Positions 63,091-64,000 of a stretch of DNA of 64,000 nt are shown here, in pieces. How positions within the stretch are numbered: the stretch's first letter is position 1; every line of letters begins with the position of its first letter. Origin of the DNA: Vulcanimicrobiota bacterium (GTDB taxonomy: Bacteria > Vulcanimicrobiota > Xenobia > Xenobiales > JADMJV01); the NCBI GenBank assembly GCA_050250895.1, contig JBFWNU010000001.1:3584149-3648148 (forward strand), in the 5' to 3' direction. The translations under genes were made by a program, and so were the position numbers. The notes below the pieces were generated by a model. The model was not told the origin of the DNA, did not search any database, and saw nothing but the letters and a program-made list of their open reading frames with translations.

Positions 63091-63404
63091 TCCCACCGAA
63101 GACCCCCCTGGCCCCAGGCGTAGGCGATGCCGGCCGAGAGAATGGCGATGAAGACCAGCATGTCCAGAAAAGCGCTCACCCCGATGTCGGCGAAGACCAC
63201 TCCCCACGGATACATGAAGATCATCTCCATGTCGAAGGAGAGAAAGATGAGAGAAAAAACGACGAAGCCGAAACGGTAGTTCTTCCAGGCCGGGTCTGGC
63301 TCGGGATGCTTGACCTCCCAGCCCGACAAAGCGGCTGCCAATAGCGCCAGTCCGGCTACCATCAAGATGACCATGGCGACGACGGCGTAGTGGTGAGAGA
63401 GCAT
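63087..63404 (-). CDS. nuoA: NADH-quinone oxidoreductase subunit A (short loop)
   Basis: FLSFDMEMIFMYPW, GIAYAWGQGGLRWE. Confidence 0.9.
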   Translation of the reverse strand: MLSHHYAVVAMVILMVAGLALLAAALSGWEVKHPEPDPAWKNYRFGFVVFSLIFLSFDMEMIFMYPWGVVFADIGVSAFLDMLVFIAILSAGIAYAWGQGGLRWE

Positions 63405-63482
63405 CCTCTCGATCCTAGAGGTGAGGGGAAAGCCCCGTCCGCATCGGGTGGGATGGGACCGGGGCATCCCCGAGTTCGGATC

Positions 63483-64000
63483 CTACGCTTGTTGTCTGCC
63501 CGCGACGACTCGTCCATCTTTAGAGGGATGGTGGACCGCCCCTGAGGTCGACCCCGCCGGGGGGGAATTGTAGACCATGGTGCGATGGGTGTGGGCGGCC
63601 ATCGCCTTTTCTACCCCTTCCGGAAACAGCTTATGAAAGGCCATCGCGACCTTGCCCGCGCCTCCCACCACGACTTCCGGCTCAGGGTCGAAAATCAACT
63701 GTGGTGGTCGGCCACTGGCACGTCTTCAAAGCGTCCCAGAGCGGACACCCCTGCATTGTTGATCCAGACATCGATATGGCCAAAACGTTGCATGGCCGCC
63801 CCGGCCCGGGCCTCGACCTGCTCGGGACGACTGACGTCGGTGGGGACGGCCAGCGTCTGTCCTCCGCGCCGCTGGCACTCGCGCGCGATGTCTTCTAACG
63901 TGTCGTGACTGCGGGCGGCTAGAACCTGGGCTGTAGTTCGGCCAGCTTGAGGGCGGCGCCTTCGCCGAAGCCGCTAGAGGCGCCGGTGATGACCACGGTT
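63483..64000 (-). pseudogene. SDR oxidoreductase pseudogene (5' end beyond the window)
   Basis: TVVITGASSGFG, frameshift near 63930, VLAARS...FGHIDVWINNAG...DHHS-stop, then directly the C-terminal PEPEVVVGGAGK segment; the YxxxK core is missing. Confidence 0.82.

Noticed and set aside
14779-63404. Formate dehydrogenase as electron input for the membrane-arm-only Nuo complex
   Set aside because: The loci are ~38 kb apart, the FDH has its own NrfD-type anchor, and the Nuo subunits lack the docking motifs; there is no sequence support.
75-63908. Numerous long antisense ORFs in the ORF track (e.g. 5994..6899, 30331..31527, 37978..39045, 54929..55954)
   Set aside because: Shadow ORFs opposite well-supported genes, expected at high GC; no recognisable motifs.

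Overview
GC-rich bacterial chromosomal window with no rRNA, tRNA, CRISPR or intact mobile element. The style of the genes is reminiscent of Eremiobacterota/Vulcanimicrobiota, but that is an unverified impression. Most of the window is a general-stress and energy-metabolism neighbourhood: PaoAB-type aldehyde oxidoreductase subunits, two DUF892/YciF ferritin-like genes, an AI-2E permease, Hsp20, a GH1 beta-glucosidase, a radical SAM/NnrS-like/HemY operon with an FNR-like box, a selenocysteine formate dehydrogenase operon with a SECIS hairpin, a holin-X/DUF3618/MgtC cluster, a NarL-type regulator, MscS, a LigD polymerase domain, SDRs, an LLM oxidoreductase and CheB/CheR signalling proteins. Three things stand out. 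(1) 25.7-39.5 kb: a type IV filament locus made of two tandem copies of a six-gene cassette (three minor-pilin-like genes plus THREE distinct GspF/PilC platform paralogues), separated by a Ser/Thr kinase-WD40 gene, with a divergently transcribed GspE/PilB ATPase. (2) 39.5-40.3 kb: a same-orientation mosaic array of GGAG-led hairpin modules on a 26-bp register, starting at the ATPase stop codon. (3) 56.6-63.4 kb: a membrane-arm-only complex I operon (nuoA-H-J-K-L-M-N) with apparent loss of peripheral-arm interface motifs, charge swaps in NuoL/NuoN and a Met-rich NuoJ loop. There is also a recurrent ATMC-N4-GKAT palindrome at a near-fixed distance upstream of several stress genes, many leaderless-type promoters, and two deletion pseudogenes. 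Product calls rest on motif recognition by eye, not on database searches; start codons were often adjusted from the ORF track.
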